A stretch of 32,000 bases of DNA. Origin: Candidatus Woesearchaeota archaeon. Lineage in GTDB: Archaea; Nanobdellota; Nanobdellia; Nanobdellales; CAZNIQ01. Below the pieces are notes generated by a model. The model searched no databases and was not told the origin of the DNA. It was given only the letters and a program-made list of their open reading frames with translations. The stretch spans positions 1 to 32,000 of the forward strand of contig CAZNIQ010000004.1 of NCBI GenBank assembly GCA_964573185.1. Direction: 5' to 3'. This document shows positions 23,614 through 31,309 of the stretch, in pieces. Numbering within the stretch: position 1 is the first letter of the stretch; the number at the start of each line of letters is the position of its first letter. The translations under genes and the position numbers were made by a program.

Positions 23614-24422
23614 ATTATATAAGAGTTACAGATTTAGTAGATTATTTAATCTGTCCTAGAAAGGTTTATTTCAAATTGGTATTAGGGTTAGAAGAGGAAA
23701 AGAAAGAAGAGATGTTGAAAGGTGAAATAATACATAAGATCTTTGAGGAATTTAATGATAAAGAAGAAGAAATTGTTTATGAGATTCTAGAGCCGGTACC
23801 TTATGATAAAATTTACAAACTGTATTATGACGCTTTCCGAGAGACAGTTGATTCGGTTTTAAATTCTTATGAAGAGGAACTAAAAGAGTTTAATTTAAGT
23901 AAAGAAGAATTAAAGTTAGAAATTTTAGATCATTTCAAATATGAGATTGAGGATAGGGCAAAGAACGTTTATCAAACCATGAAAGCTTTAGATCTATATG
24001 GTATTGAATTATGGGATGCTTTAGAACCTAAGATAAAGTCTGAAGTAGAATTAATTTCGGATGATTTAAAACTTGTAGGAAGAATAGATAGGATAGAGTT
24101 TTACAAGGATATAGCAATTCCCGTTGAAATTAAAACTGGAAATCGTATAGGTTTTATTCATAAATTTCAATTGCATGCTTACGCTTTATTGATTAGAGAT
24201 AATTTCTCTTATTATGACATCCCATTAGGTTACGTTTATTATACAAAATTGAGAAAAAGAAAAGAGGTTAGGTTTTCAGAAAAAATATTCAAGATGGTTA
24301 TAGAAGTAAGAAACAAGATATGGGATATTATTGAAGAACAGAAGATGCCAGAAGAAAGAAATGAAAAGCTCTGCTCAAAATGTCCATTTAGAGAACAATG
24401 CTTGAAATTAAAGGTAAAGTAG
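23610..24422 (+). CDS. Cas4-family / RecB-like PD-(D/E)xK nuclease with a 4Fe-4S Cys set
   Basis: 270 aa. N-terminal Cys (LICPRKVYF), GRIDRIE...PVEIKTG (D...ExK), FQLHAYALL (QxxxY), C-terminal CSKCPFREQC. Confidence 0.8.
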   Translation: MNYIRVTDLVDYLICPRKVYFKLVLGLEEEKKEEMLKGEIIHKIFEEFNDKEEEIVYEILEPVPYDKIYKLYYDAFRETVDSVLNSYEEELKEFNLSKEELKLEILDHFKYEIEDRAKNVYQTMKALDLYGIELWDALEPKIKSEVELISDDLKLVGRIDRIEFYKDIAIPVEIKTGNRIGFIHKFQLHAYALLIRDNFSYYDIPLGYVYYTKLRKRKEVRFSEKIFKMVIEVRNKIWDIIEEQKMPEERNEKLCSKCPFREQCLKLKVK

Positions 24423-24751
24423 AGGCCATATCTTATAGAAATAAAGCTATAAAAGTAAATGGCAAGTGGTACAACGCTACTGAAGATGTTCTAAAGAAAG
24501 TTGCAAAAGGAGATATCGTAAAAATCTATGTTGAAGATAACAATGTTATTGATGTTGAAAGATTAACGGAACTTCCAAAAGAAGATAGAATAAAAATTTT
24601 GGAAATTGCGACAGAGATTCTAAAATTAACAATACAAACAACACCATCATTTGTTACAGCAGAAGAAGTTGATTTTGAGAAAAATAAAAAGAAGTTATTA
24701 AAAGAATTATTTTCTATTGCTGAAGAAATAGAGAAATGGATATTGAAATAG
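24398..24751 (+). CDS. Hypothetical protein (possible small beta-barrel N-domain)
   Basis: 117-aa ORF overlapping both neighbours. No motif recognised. Confidence 0.5.
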   Translation: MLEIKGKVEAISYRNKAIKVNGKWYNATEDVLKKVAKGDIVKIYVEDNNVIDVERLTELPKEDRIKILEIATEILKLTIQTTPSFVTAEEVDFEKNKKKLLKELFSIAEEIEKWILK

Positions 24752-25539
24752 ACCTAAATAAGCCCATATATGAGCAAATCTCTGAATTTTTTGAAAAATT
24801 AAGGAAATTAAAAGAAAAAAGAGAAAGATTAATTAAAAGAATAGAAGAATTGAAGAAAAAACTTGAAGAAGTTAAGAAAGAAGGTCAAAAAAGAAAAGAG
24901 ATTAAAAAAGAGAAGAAGGAGTGGTATGAAAACTTTAGGTGGTTTATAACATCTGATGGTTTTCTAGTTGTAGCTGGTAAAGACGCTTTAACAAATGAAA
25001 TTCTTATCAAAAAATACATGGAAGATAAAGATATTGTCTTGCATGCTGACATTGTTGGTTCTCCTTTCGGATTAATCAAAACCAAAGGAAAAGAAGTTTC
25101 TGAAAGCACTATAAAAGAAGCTGCAAAATTTGTTGCAAGTTACTCAAGAGCATGGAGAGAAGGATTGTATGCTATGGAAGTATATTGGGTATATCCAAAT
25201 CAAGTTTCAAAAAAAGCGCCTTCAGGAGAATATTTACCGAAAGGAGCATTTATGATTTATGGTAAGAAAAACTATTTGACTGTAAACTTAGAAGTTGCTA
25301 TAGGTGTTGATTCTGAAGGAAATATAATTCATGGTGTCCCAGAATCATTAGATAAGTATGCTAAAAGATATGTTGTTTTAATTCCGGGAAATAAAAAAGC
25401 TGATTTTTTAGTTAAAAAAATCTCAAATTTCTTAGGGGTTAAGGATAAAGAATCATTAGAAGAGATTAAAAGATGGATACCTTATGGAGTTGGTGAAATA
25501 AAAGATTTTCGTTTAGGAAAGGTAGTAACTAGACAATAA
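24736..25539 (+). CDS. NFACT-family protein fragment (coiled coil + NFACT-R/DUF814), RqcH/Tae2-related
   Basis: 267 aa. FRWFITSDGFLVVAGKDALTNEILIKKYMEDKDIVLHADIVGSPFGLIK is the DUF814 core. The N-terminal NFACT-N domain is absent. Confidence 0.75.
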   Translation: MDIEIDLNKPIYEQISEFFEKLRKLKEKRERLIKRIEELKKKLEEVKKEGQKRKEIKKEKKEWYENFRWFITSDGFLVVAGKDALTNEILIKKYMEDKDIVLHADIVGSPFGLIKTKGKEVSESTIKEAAKFVASYSRAWREGLYAMEVYWVYPNQVSKKAPSGEYLPKGAFMIYGKKNYLTVNLEVAIGVDSEGNIIHGVPESLDKYAKRYVVLIPGNKKADFLVKKISNFLGVKDKESLEEIKRWIPYGVGEIKDFRLGKVVTRQ

Positions 25540-25572
25540 TCTTTATAAAGTCTTGTATTATATAGTAGTAGT

Positions 25573-27093
25573 ATGAGAGGGAAGCTGTTACCACTATTAG
25601 GTGCTCTAGTTCTAGTACCAGCAATTTTAGCATTGCAGTATACACCACAGGTAGTATCTTATACGAAAGCCGTACCCTCTGCTGAAGACACTGTAACATT
25701 TTATTTATATTTACCGAACATAACAAACGTTTCTACAGCGAAACTAAAATTAGAAGTATACGTATATAAATTACCATATGAAGAATTAGTTTACTATACA
25801 GAAAAGAGTTATACCGAAAGCGATTTAGGAAAAGTAGTTGCTTTAAGATTGTATCCAACTGAATGGAGCGTACATGACGATGGAATATATAAAGTAGTAA
25901 TTACAGGTGGTGGCTACATTGAATATACAAATAACACTGTAGAAGGAATTAGCGTTTCAGAAGAACAGTATAATATTTATATAAAACCATACGTAACAAA
26001 CTACGATATAGACTTAGTAGAAGTTTCACCAGATTTAAGCAAAGTTCCATATATTGAAAGAAAAGAAGTAAGATTATTAGTAACAGTTAGAAATGATGGT
26101 TTATTAGACATAGATGATGCTAGAGTATGCTTAGAAGTATTTGATAACTATGGAGGATTAATAGAGAAGACATGTACAAGGTATTTTGATTTGGCATCTG
26201 GAGAGAAGAAAACAATAGAGGTAACATTAGATGGTACTAAATTAGAGTATGGAAAAGAGTATACAGTAGTAATTTATGCAGAAGGTGCTGGAGAAAAAGA
26301 AGAAAAGACATACAACATAAAAGTAGGATATCCTAACAAAATAGAAGTAGTAGGATTTGATTATTCACCATTAATAGTAAAGCCCGGAGATTATGTATTA
26401 CTAAGATTTTATATCAAAAACGAGTATAATAAGAACGTAGTAATAACTCCTATAGTAATATCCTATGATCTTAACTTATACAAAGAGTTAGATTCAGTAA
26501 CATTAGAACCCTTAGAAACTAAGGAAATAAAGGCAGTAATAAAGATACCAAAAGATTATAAGGAACCAACAGTAAACATATTCTTAAAACTAAGATACGA
26601 TGGTTCTGTAATACAATATACTGGCAAGGTATATGTAAAAACAAAGAAACCTGAAATAGAAGCAATGTTAATTGGTCCAACAGTAATAGAAAAGTCTGGA
26701 AAATTAGTATTAAAATTAACAAACTTAGAAGAAGATATAAAGCACTTAATTATTGACGCTTACCTAGAAGGAGGAGTAGTTTCAGTATCTCCATCAGAAG
26801 TAGTACTTGGTGGTAAAGGCGATACAAAAGAGGTAACAATAGAAGTAACAGGTTACGAAGAAGGAGAGAAGATATTAAAGATAGTAGTAAGGGATGCTGA
26901 AACTGGAAAAGCATATGAAGAAATTACAAAGGAATTAAAGATAGTAATGCCTAAAGCAACAACTATAACAAAAGAAAAACAAGAATTACCAACAATTCCA
27001 CCACAATACCTATTAGCAGGTGCAGCTATAGTAATAGCGGGTGTAGCAGTATACTTAGCATTAAGAGGACCAAAAGAGGAGAGACCATCTTAA
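25573..27093 (+). CDS. Cell-surface protein: signal peptide, repeated beta-sandwich-like modules, C-terminal TM anchor
   Basis: 506 aa. MRGKLLPLLGALVLVPAILA signal. Several CARDB-like segments (e.g. LLVTVRNDGLLDIDDARV, GEKKTIEVTL). C-terminus: LLAGAAIVIAGVAVYLALRGPKEERPS. Confidence 0.7.
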   Translation: MRGKLLPLLGALVLVPAILALQYTPQVVSYTKAVPSAEDTVTFYLYLPNITNVSTAKLKLEVYVYKLPYEELVYYTEKSYTESDLGKVVALRLYPTEWSVHDDGIYKVVITGGGYIEYTNNTVEGISVSEEQYNIYIKPYVTNYDIDLVEVSPDLSKVPYIERKEVRLLVTVRNDGLLDIDDARVCLEVFDNYGGLIEKTCTRYFDLASGEKKTIEVTLDGTKLEYGKEYTVVIYAEGAGEKEEKTYNIKVGYPNKIEVVGFDYSPLIVKPGDYVLLRFYIKNEYNKNVVITPIVISYDLNLYKELDSVTLEPLETKEIKAVIKIPKDYKEPTVNIFLKLRYDGSVIQYTGKVYVKTKKPEIEAMLIGPTVIEKSGKLVLKLTNLEEDIKHLIIDAYLEGGVVSVSPSEVVLGGKGDTKEVTIEVTGYEEGEKILKIVVRDAETGKAYEEITKELKIVMPKATTITKEKQELPTIPPQYLLAGAAIVIAGVAVYLALRGPKEERPS

Positions 27094-27123
27094 CCTTTTA
27101 ATTTTTTCTTATAGTTCCTTTTT

Positions 27124-27600
27124 ATGGCTAAAAAAGCTTGGGCACCTGAAGGCGTTGAAGTAAAACCAATAGTACATTTAGCTGGAGTAGATTTGGATGG
27201 AAATAGACCTGTTTATATTGAATTAACAAAGATAAAAGGTGTTAAATGGATGTTTGCACATGCTGTTTGTATGGCTTTAGGAATAGATAAATGGAGAAAG
27301 ATTGGTTCATTATCTGAAGAAGAATTAGAAAAGTTGGAAGATGCTATAAAGAATCCTGAAAAATATGGAATTCCCGCTTGGTTATATAACAGAAGAAAAG
27401 ATCCTGTAGATGGAAAAGATAAGCATTTGGTCGGTGCGGATTTAGAATTCGCAATGAGACAAGACATAAAGAGAGAAATAGAAATTGGTTCTTGGAGAGG
27501 ATTTAGACATAAAGAAGGTTTACCAGTAAGAGGACAGAAAACAAGATCGCATCACAGAAGATATAAAAGAACGGTTGGTGTTCAAAGACAAAAGAAATAA
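27124..27600 (+). CDS. rps13: 30S ribosomal protein uS13
   Basis: 158 aa. LAGVDLDGNRPVYIELTKIKGV and C-terminal RGQKTRSHHRRYKRTVG. Confidence 0.9.
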   Translation: MAKKAWAPEGVEVKPIVHLAGVDLDGNRPVYIELTKIKGVKWMFAHAVCMALGIDKWRKIGSLSEEELEKLEDAIKNPEKYGIPAWLYNRRKDPVDGKDKHLVGADLEFAMRQDIKREIEIGSWRGFRHKEGLPVRGQKTRSHHRRYKRTVGVQRQKK

Positions 27601-27623
27601 AACTTTCCTAGTTCTTACATAAA

Positions 27624-28217
27624 ATGTGGAGGCAAAGAAAAACATGGGAAGGTCCTAGACATCCTTGGCAAAAACAAAGATTATTATATGAAAAGGAATT
27701 AATGAAAAAATATGGCTTAAAGAATAAAAGAGAAATTTGGAAAGCTGCTACAATTGCAAGAAAAATAAGAAAATATGTAAGACACTTATTCGCTTTAAAA
27801 GCCTTAGGTGTTGATGTTTCCAAAGAAGAACAAATAATTTTACAGAAATTAAAAAGATATGGTTTAATTCCAGAGAATGGAACATTAGAAGATGCTTTGA
27901 ACATTACAGTAGAGACAATTCTGGAGAGAAGATTGCAAACTATTGTTTGGAGGAAGGGGTTGGCAAGAACTCCTAGACAAGCGAGACAATTAATTGTTCA
28001 TGGCCACATAGTTATTGGGGATCAAGTGATAACCTCACCAAGCTATCTAGTTAAAAAAGAAGAGGAGGATAAAATTACATATCATCCTTTAAGTCCTTTA
28101 GCAAATCCAGAGCATCCTTTAAGGAAAGCAATTGAAGGAAAACTTGAACAAAAAGAAGAAACAGAAAAGCAAGAATCTGAAGAAAATAAGGAAGAACAAA
28201 AAGAAAATAAAGAATAG
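27624..28217 (+). CDS. rps4: 30S ribosomal protein uS4 with a K/E-rich C-terminal tail
   Basis: 197 aa. GPRHPW, S4 domain (RLQTIVWRKGLARTPRQARQLIVHGHIVIGDQ), then a ~40-aa acidic/basic extension. Confidence 0.9.
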   Translation: MWRQRKTWEGPRHPWQKQRLLYEKELMKKYGLKNKREIWKAATIARKIRKYVRHLFALKALGVDVSKEEQIILQKLKRYGLIPENGTLEDALNITVETILERRLQTIVWRKGLARTPRQARQLIVHGHIVIGDQVITSPSYLVKKEEEDKITYHPLSPLANPEHPLRKAIEGKLEQKEETEKQESEENKEEQKENKE

Positions 28218-28229
28218 TTATTTTTCCCC

Positions 28230-28325
28230 TTAATGTGATTTTTTCCAAGTTAAATAAGCTAAATAAAAACCTATTGCAAAGAAAATTACTGTTAAAATCC
28301 AAAGTATAATAATTATTGTTTTCAT
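28230..28325 (-). CDS. Possible 31-aa single-TM micro-protein
   Basis: My own translation: MKTIIIILWILTVIFFAIGFYLAYLTWKKSH. ATG start and one clean hydrophobic helix, but there is no other support. Confidence 0.3.
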   Translation of the reverse strand: MKTIIIILWILTVIFFAIGFYLAYLTWKKSH

Positions 28326-28499
28326 TTTAATAAAATCATTTCAATTTGTATTTTTTCTACTTTGTCCTTTTTTATCCTTATCCTCAATAGCTAGTTTAAC
28401 TGTAAAGTAAATAAGAAGAATAAGTAGCACAAATACTGGGTACTTTAAGTATTCAAGCCACTCATTATTCTTTATTAAGCTTTTTACTTTATATCACTT

Positions 28500-29549
28500 A
28501 TGGAAATCAAATACTACCATTTAAAAGATCAGGAATGTTTACTTCCTTGGGAAAAAGAAAAAAGAGAAATTCTTGTTAAAAAAGAAGCTGAGACGGATTG
28601 GAAATATGGAGAGGATCCTTGGAAAAGACCAATAGAAAAATTATTAAAATATGCTGTAATAAATTTAGACAAGCCCAAAGGTCCAACTTCCCATCAAGTA
28701 GTTTCGTGGGTTAGAGATATAGTAGGAGTTAAAGCAGGACATGGAGGTACTCTAGATCCAAAAGTTACAGGAGTGTTACCAGTAGCTATAGGACAAGCTA
28801 CTAAGGTTTTAAGGTATCTCCTAACAGCAGGTAAAGAATATGTTACCTTAATGATTTTACACAAGCCAGTACCTGAAGAAAAGATCTTTGAAGCCATAAA
28901 GAAATTCACGGGAGAAATTATTCAGTTACCGCCTTTAAAATCTGCTGTAAAGAGAAGGCCAAGAAAAAAGAAAGTATATGATGTAAAAGTAATAGAGATT
29001 ATAGACAACCGTTATGTTTTACTAAGAATTGCTACTGAAGCTGGGGTATATATAAGAAAATGGGTTCATGATATAGGACAGTATTTAGGGGTAGGAGCAC
29101 ATATGCAAGAACTAAGAAGGACAAAAGCAGGTCCATTTAACGAAAAAGACCCAAATAAACCTTTAGTAACTTTACAGGATATTGTTGATTCTTTGGCTTT
29201 CTGGAAGGAAGAAGGAAAAGAGAAGTATTTAAGAAAAGTTTTCTTACCACCTGAAGTTGCTGTAGAGCATATGCCGAAGATATGGATTTTAGATACTGCT
29301 GTATCTGCTGTAGCACATGGTGCCAACTTAGCTGTTCCGGGAATCGCAAAATTACACTCCGGAATAAAACCAGGGGATTGGGTAGCAATTATGACTCTAA
29401 AGAACGAATTAGTAGCTATTGGGAAAGCTTTAATGACATCCGAAGAAATGCTAGAGAAAAATAGAGGAATAGCAGTTGACGTAGAAAGGGTATTTATCGA
29501 TAGAAACTTGTATCCGAAAGTATGGAAGAAGAAAGCACAGATACAATAA
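28500..29549 (+). CDS. cbf5: H/ACA RNP pseudouridine synthase Cbf5 (TruB + PUA)
   Basis: 349 aa. LDKPKGPTSHQVV...GHGGTLDPKVTGVLPV catalytic motif. C-terminal PUA region. Confidence 0.92.
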   Translation: MEIKYYHLKDQECLLPWEKEKREILVKKEAETDWKYGEDPWKRPIEKLLKYAVINLDKPKGPTSHQVVSWVRDIVGVKAGHGGTLDPKVTGVLPVAIGQATKVLRYLLTAGKEYVTLMILHKPVPEEKIFEAIKKFTGEIIQLPPLKSAVKRRPRKKKVYDVKVIEIIDNRYVLLRIATEAGVYIRKWVHDIGQYLGVGAHMQELRRTKAGPFNEKDPNKPLVTLQDIVDSLAFWKEEGKEKYLRKVFLPPEVAVEHMPKIWILDTAVSAVAHGANLAVPGIAKLHSGIKPGDWVAIMTLKNELVAIGKALMTSEEMLEKNRGIAVDVERVFIDRNLYPKVWKKKAQIQ

Positions 29550-29585
29550 AGTACACATTTTAAACTCTAAATAAAATTATTAATA

Positions 29586-30008
29586 ATGGAACTAAAGGTA
29601 AAGAAGTTAGATCCAGAAGCAAAATTACCTGAATATAAAACTGAAGGAGCAGCAGGTTTGGATTTATATAGTACAGAAGAAGTAGAATTGAATCCTGGAG
29701 AAATAAAGGCAATAAGAACAGGTGTAGCAGTTGAGATTCCTAAGGGTTATTTTGGTCTAATTAAGGATCGCTCAGGTTTAGCATTAAAAGGAATACATGT
29801 TTTAGCAGGAGTAATAGATGAAGACTACAGAGGAGAAATTAAGGTAGTATTAATTAATTTAGGAAAAGAAAAGATAAAGATTGAAAAACATATGAGAATT
29901 GCGCAAATGATTATAATACCATATTTAAGGGTAAGAGTTGTTGAAACAGAAGAATTGAGTGAAACTCAAAGAGGAGAAAAAGGATTTGGCTCTACTGGTC
30001 TAAAATAA
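29586..30008 (+). CDS. dut: dUTP diphosphatase (trimeric dUTPase)
   Basis: 140 aa. AAGLDLYS, DRSGLALKG, GVIDEDYRGEI, RIAQMII, RGEKGFGSTG. Confidence 0.9.
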   Translation: MELKVKKLDPEAKLPEYKTEGAAGLDLYSTEEVELNPGEIKAIRTGVAVEIPKGYFGLIKDRSGLALKGIHVLAGVIDEDYRGEIKVVLINLGKEKIKIEKHMRIAQMIIIPYLRVRVVETEELSETQRGEKGFGSTGLK

Positions 30009-30037
30009 TTTTTAAAGCTAATTTTTAAATTTTTTCT

Positions 30038-31147
30038 ATGGAGACTCCATTTGAGAAATTAGTTCCGCAATCCGAAGGTCAAAAAAGGCTTAAGCAAGCT
30101 TTAGAAAGCAAGGACTATGAAATAATAGGAATATTCGGATTAACCGGTACTGGAAAGTCCTTATTCGCAATAACCTACGGAGTTTCTGCAGTAATGAAAG
30201 GAGAGTATGATAGATTTATAATTGCAAGGCCAATAGTAGATATAGCAACATCTGAAGTAATGACAACAGCAGAGTTGAAGGAATTATATTTTAAGTTAGC
30301 ATCAGAATATCTTGAGGATATTTTACCTAGAGAAGTATATAAAGAAATAAAGAAATTAATTGAAGAAGAAAAGGTAGTAATATCTGATCCGTATTACATA
30401 AGAGGGAGGACTTTTGATAACTCTATAATATTCTTAGATGATGCTCAGAATGTCCCTCCAGAAGTTTCCACAGAAATCTTGATGAGACTTGGTACTAACT
30501 CTAGATTGATAATAGCAGGAGACCCTGTATTGCAGAAGCCTTTGAGCGTAGAAAAGGATGGAGCAACTTTAATGAGAGAAATATTATTAAACGAGGAAAA
30601 AGCAATTGTTGTTGATTTAGGATTAAACGATATTACGAGACCTGGTGCTAGAAGGGGAATAAAGATAGCTTTTGAGTTAAAAATGAGAAAGAGACCTCTA
30701 AATGAAGAAGAAAGAAAAGTATTAGAATCTATTAATGTTCACGCACCAGACGCTGATGTTGTTACCGTAGTATATGCTAAGGACTTAAAAGAAAAATACG
30801 AATTGCCAGAATATACACCAGACGTTTTGATTATAGCTAAAGAAGGACATCAGGGAAGGGTAGTAGGTAAAGGTGGAGAAAGGATTACTAAAGTAGAGCA
30901 GGAAACAGGTTACAGAATTAAAGTGGTTGAGTGGAGACTAAACTTTGAAGAAATAATTTCAGCAATACATCCTGTACAAGATATTGGAGATTATATAAAA
31001 GAAGTAGATTTCAGGGGACCAGAATTAGTAGTGTTTATGAGAAGGAGATTAGGATCTTTCATTGGGCCTAAAGGATCTTTCATAAGATATGTTGATGGTG
31101 TGATGAGAAGGTTAATAGGCGTCGGCGTTAGGGGTTTAATGGAATAA
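30038..31147 (+). CDS. PhoH-like ATPase with a C-terminal KH domain
   Basis: 369 aa. P.SEGQK, Walker A GLTGTGKS, IFLDDAQN, IIAGDPVLQ, KH motif GRVVGKGGERITKVEQETG. No N-terminal PIN domain. Confidence 0.8.
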   Translation: METPFEKLVPQSEGQKRLKQALESKDYEIIGIFGLTGTGKSLFAITYGVSAVMKGEYDRFIIARPIVDIATSEVMTTAELKELYFKLASEYLEDILPREVYKEIKKLIEEEKVVISDPYYIRGRTFDNSIIFLDDAQNVPPEVSTEILMRLGTNSRLIIAGDPVLQKPLSVEKDGATLMREILLNEEKAIVVDLGLNDITRPGARRGIKIAFELKMRKRPLNEEERKVLESINVHAPDADVVTVVYAKDLKEKYELPEYTPDVLIIAKEGHQGRVVGKGGERITKVEQETGYRIKVVEWRLNFEEIISAIHPVQDIGDYIKEVDFRGPELVVFMRRRLGSFIGPKGSFIRYVDGVMRRLIGVGVRGLME

Positions 31148-31151
31148 AGTA

Positions 31152-31159
31152 TTTAAATA
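31152..31159 (+). promoter_or_regulatory. TATA box candidate placed to start transcription at tRNA-Leu position +1
   Basis: TTTAAATA is centred about 26-27 nt upstream of G1 of the tRNA (31182). C/G at -1/+1 fits a pyrimidine-purine initiator. Confidence 0.45.
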
Positions 31160-31181
31160 CAATATCTTTATTTTTAATTAC

Positions 31182-31268
31182 GCGGCGGTGCCCGAGCCTG
31201 GACAAAGGGGTCGGGCTTAAGACCCGATGGCCTTAGGGCCGCCCGGGGTTCAAATCCCCGCCGCCGCA
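31182..31268 (+). tRNA. tRNA-Leu (anticodon UAA), class II
   Basis: Acceptor GCGGCGG/CCGCCGC, 3-bp D stem CCC/GGG, anticodon stem TCGGG/CCCGA with loop CTTAAGA, long variable arm (GGCC-TTAG-GGCC), T arm CGGGG-TTCAAAT-CCCCG, discriminator A. No encoded CCA. Confidence 0.92.
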
Positions 31269-31309
31269 AGAAACTTTATACGTTTTAGTCATTAATTAAA
31301 AAGCCTTAT

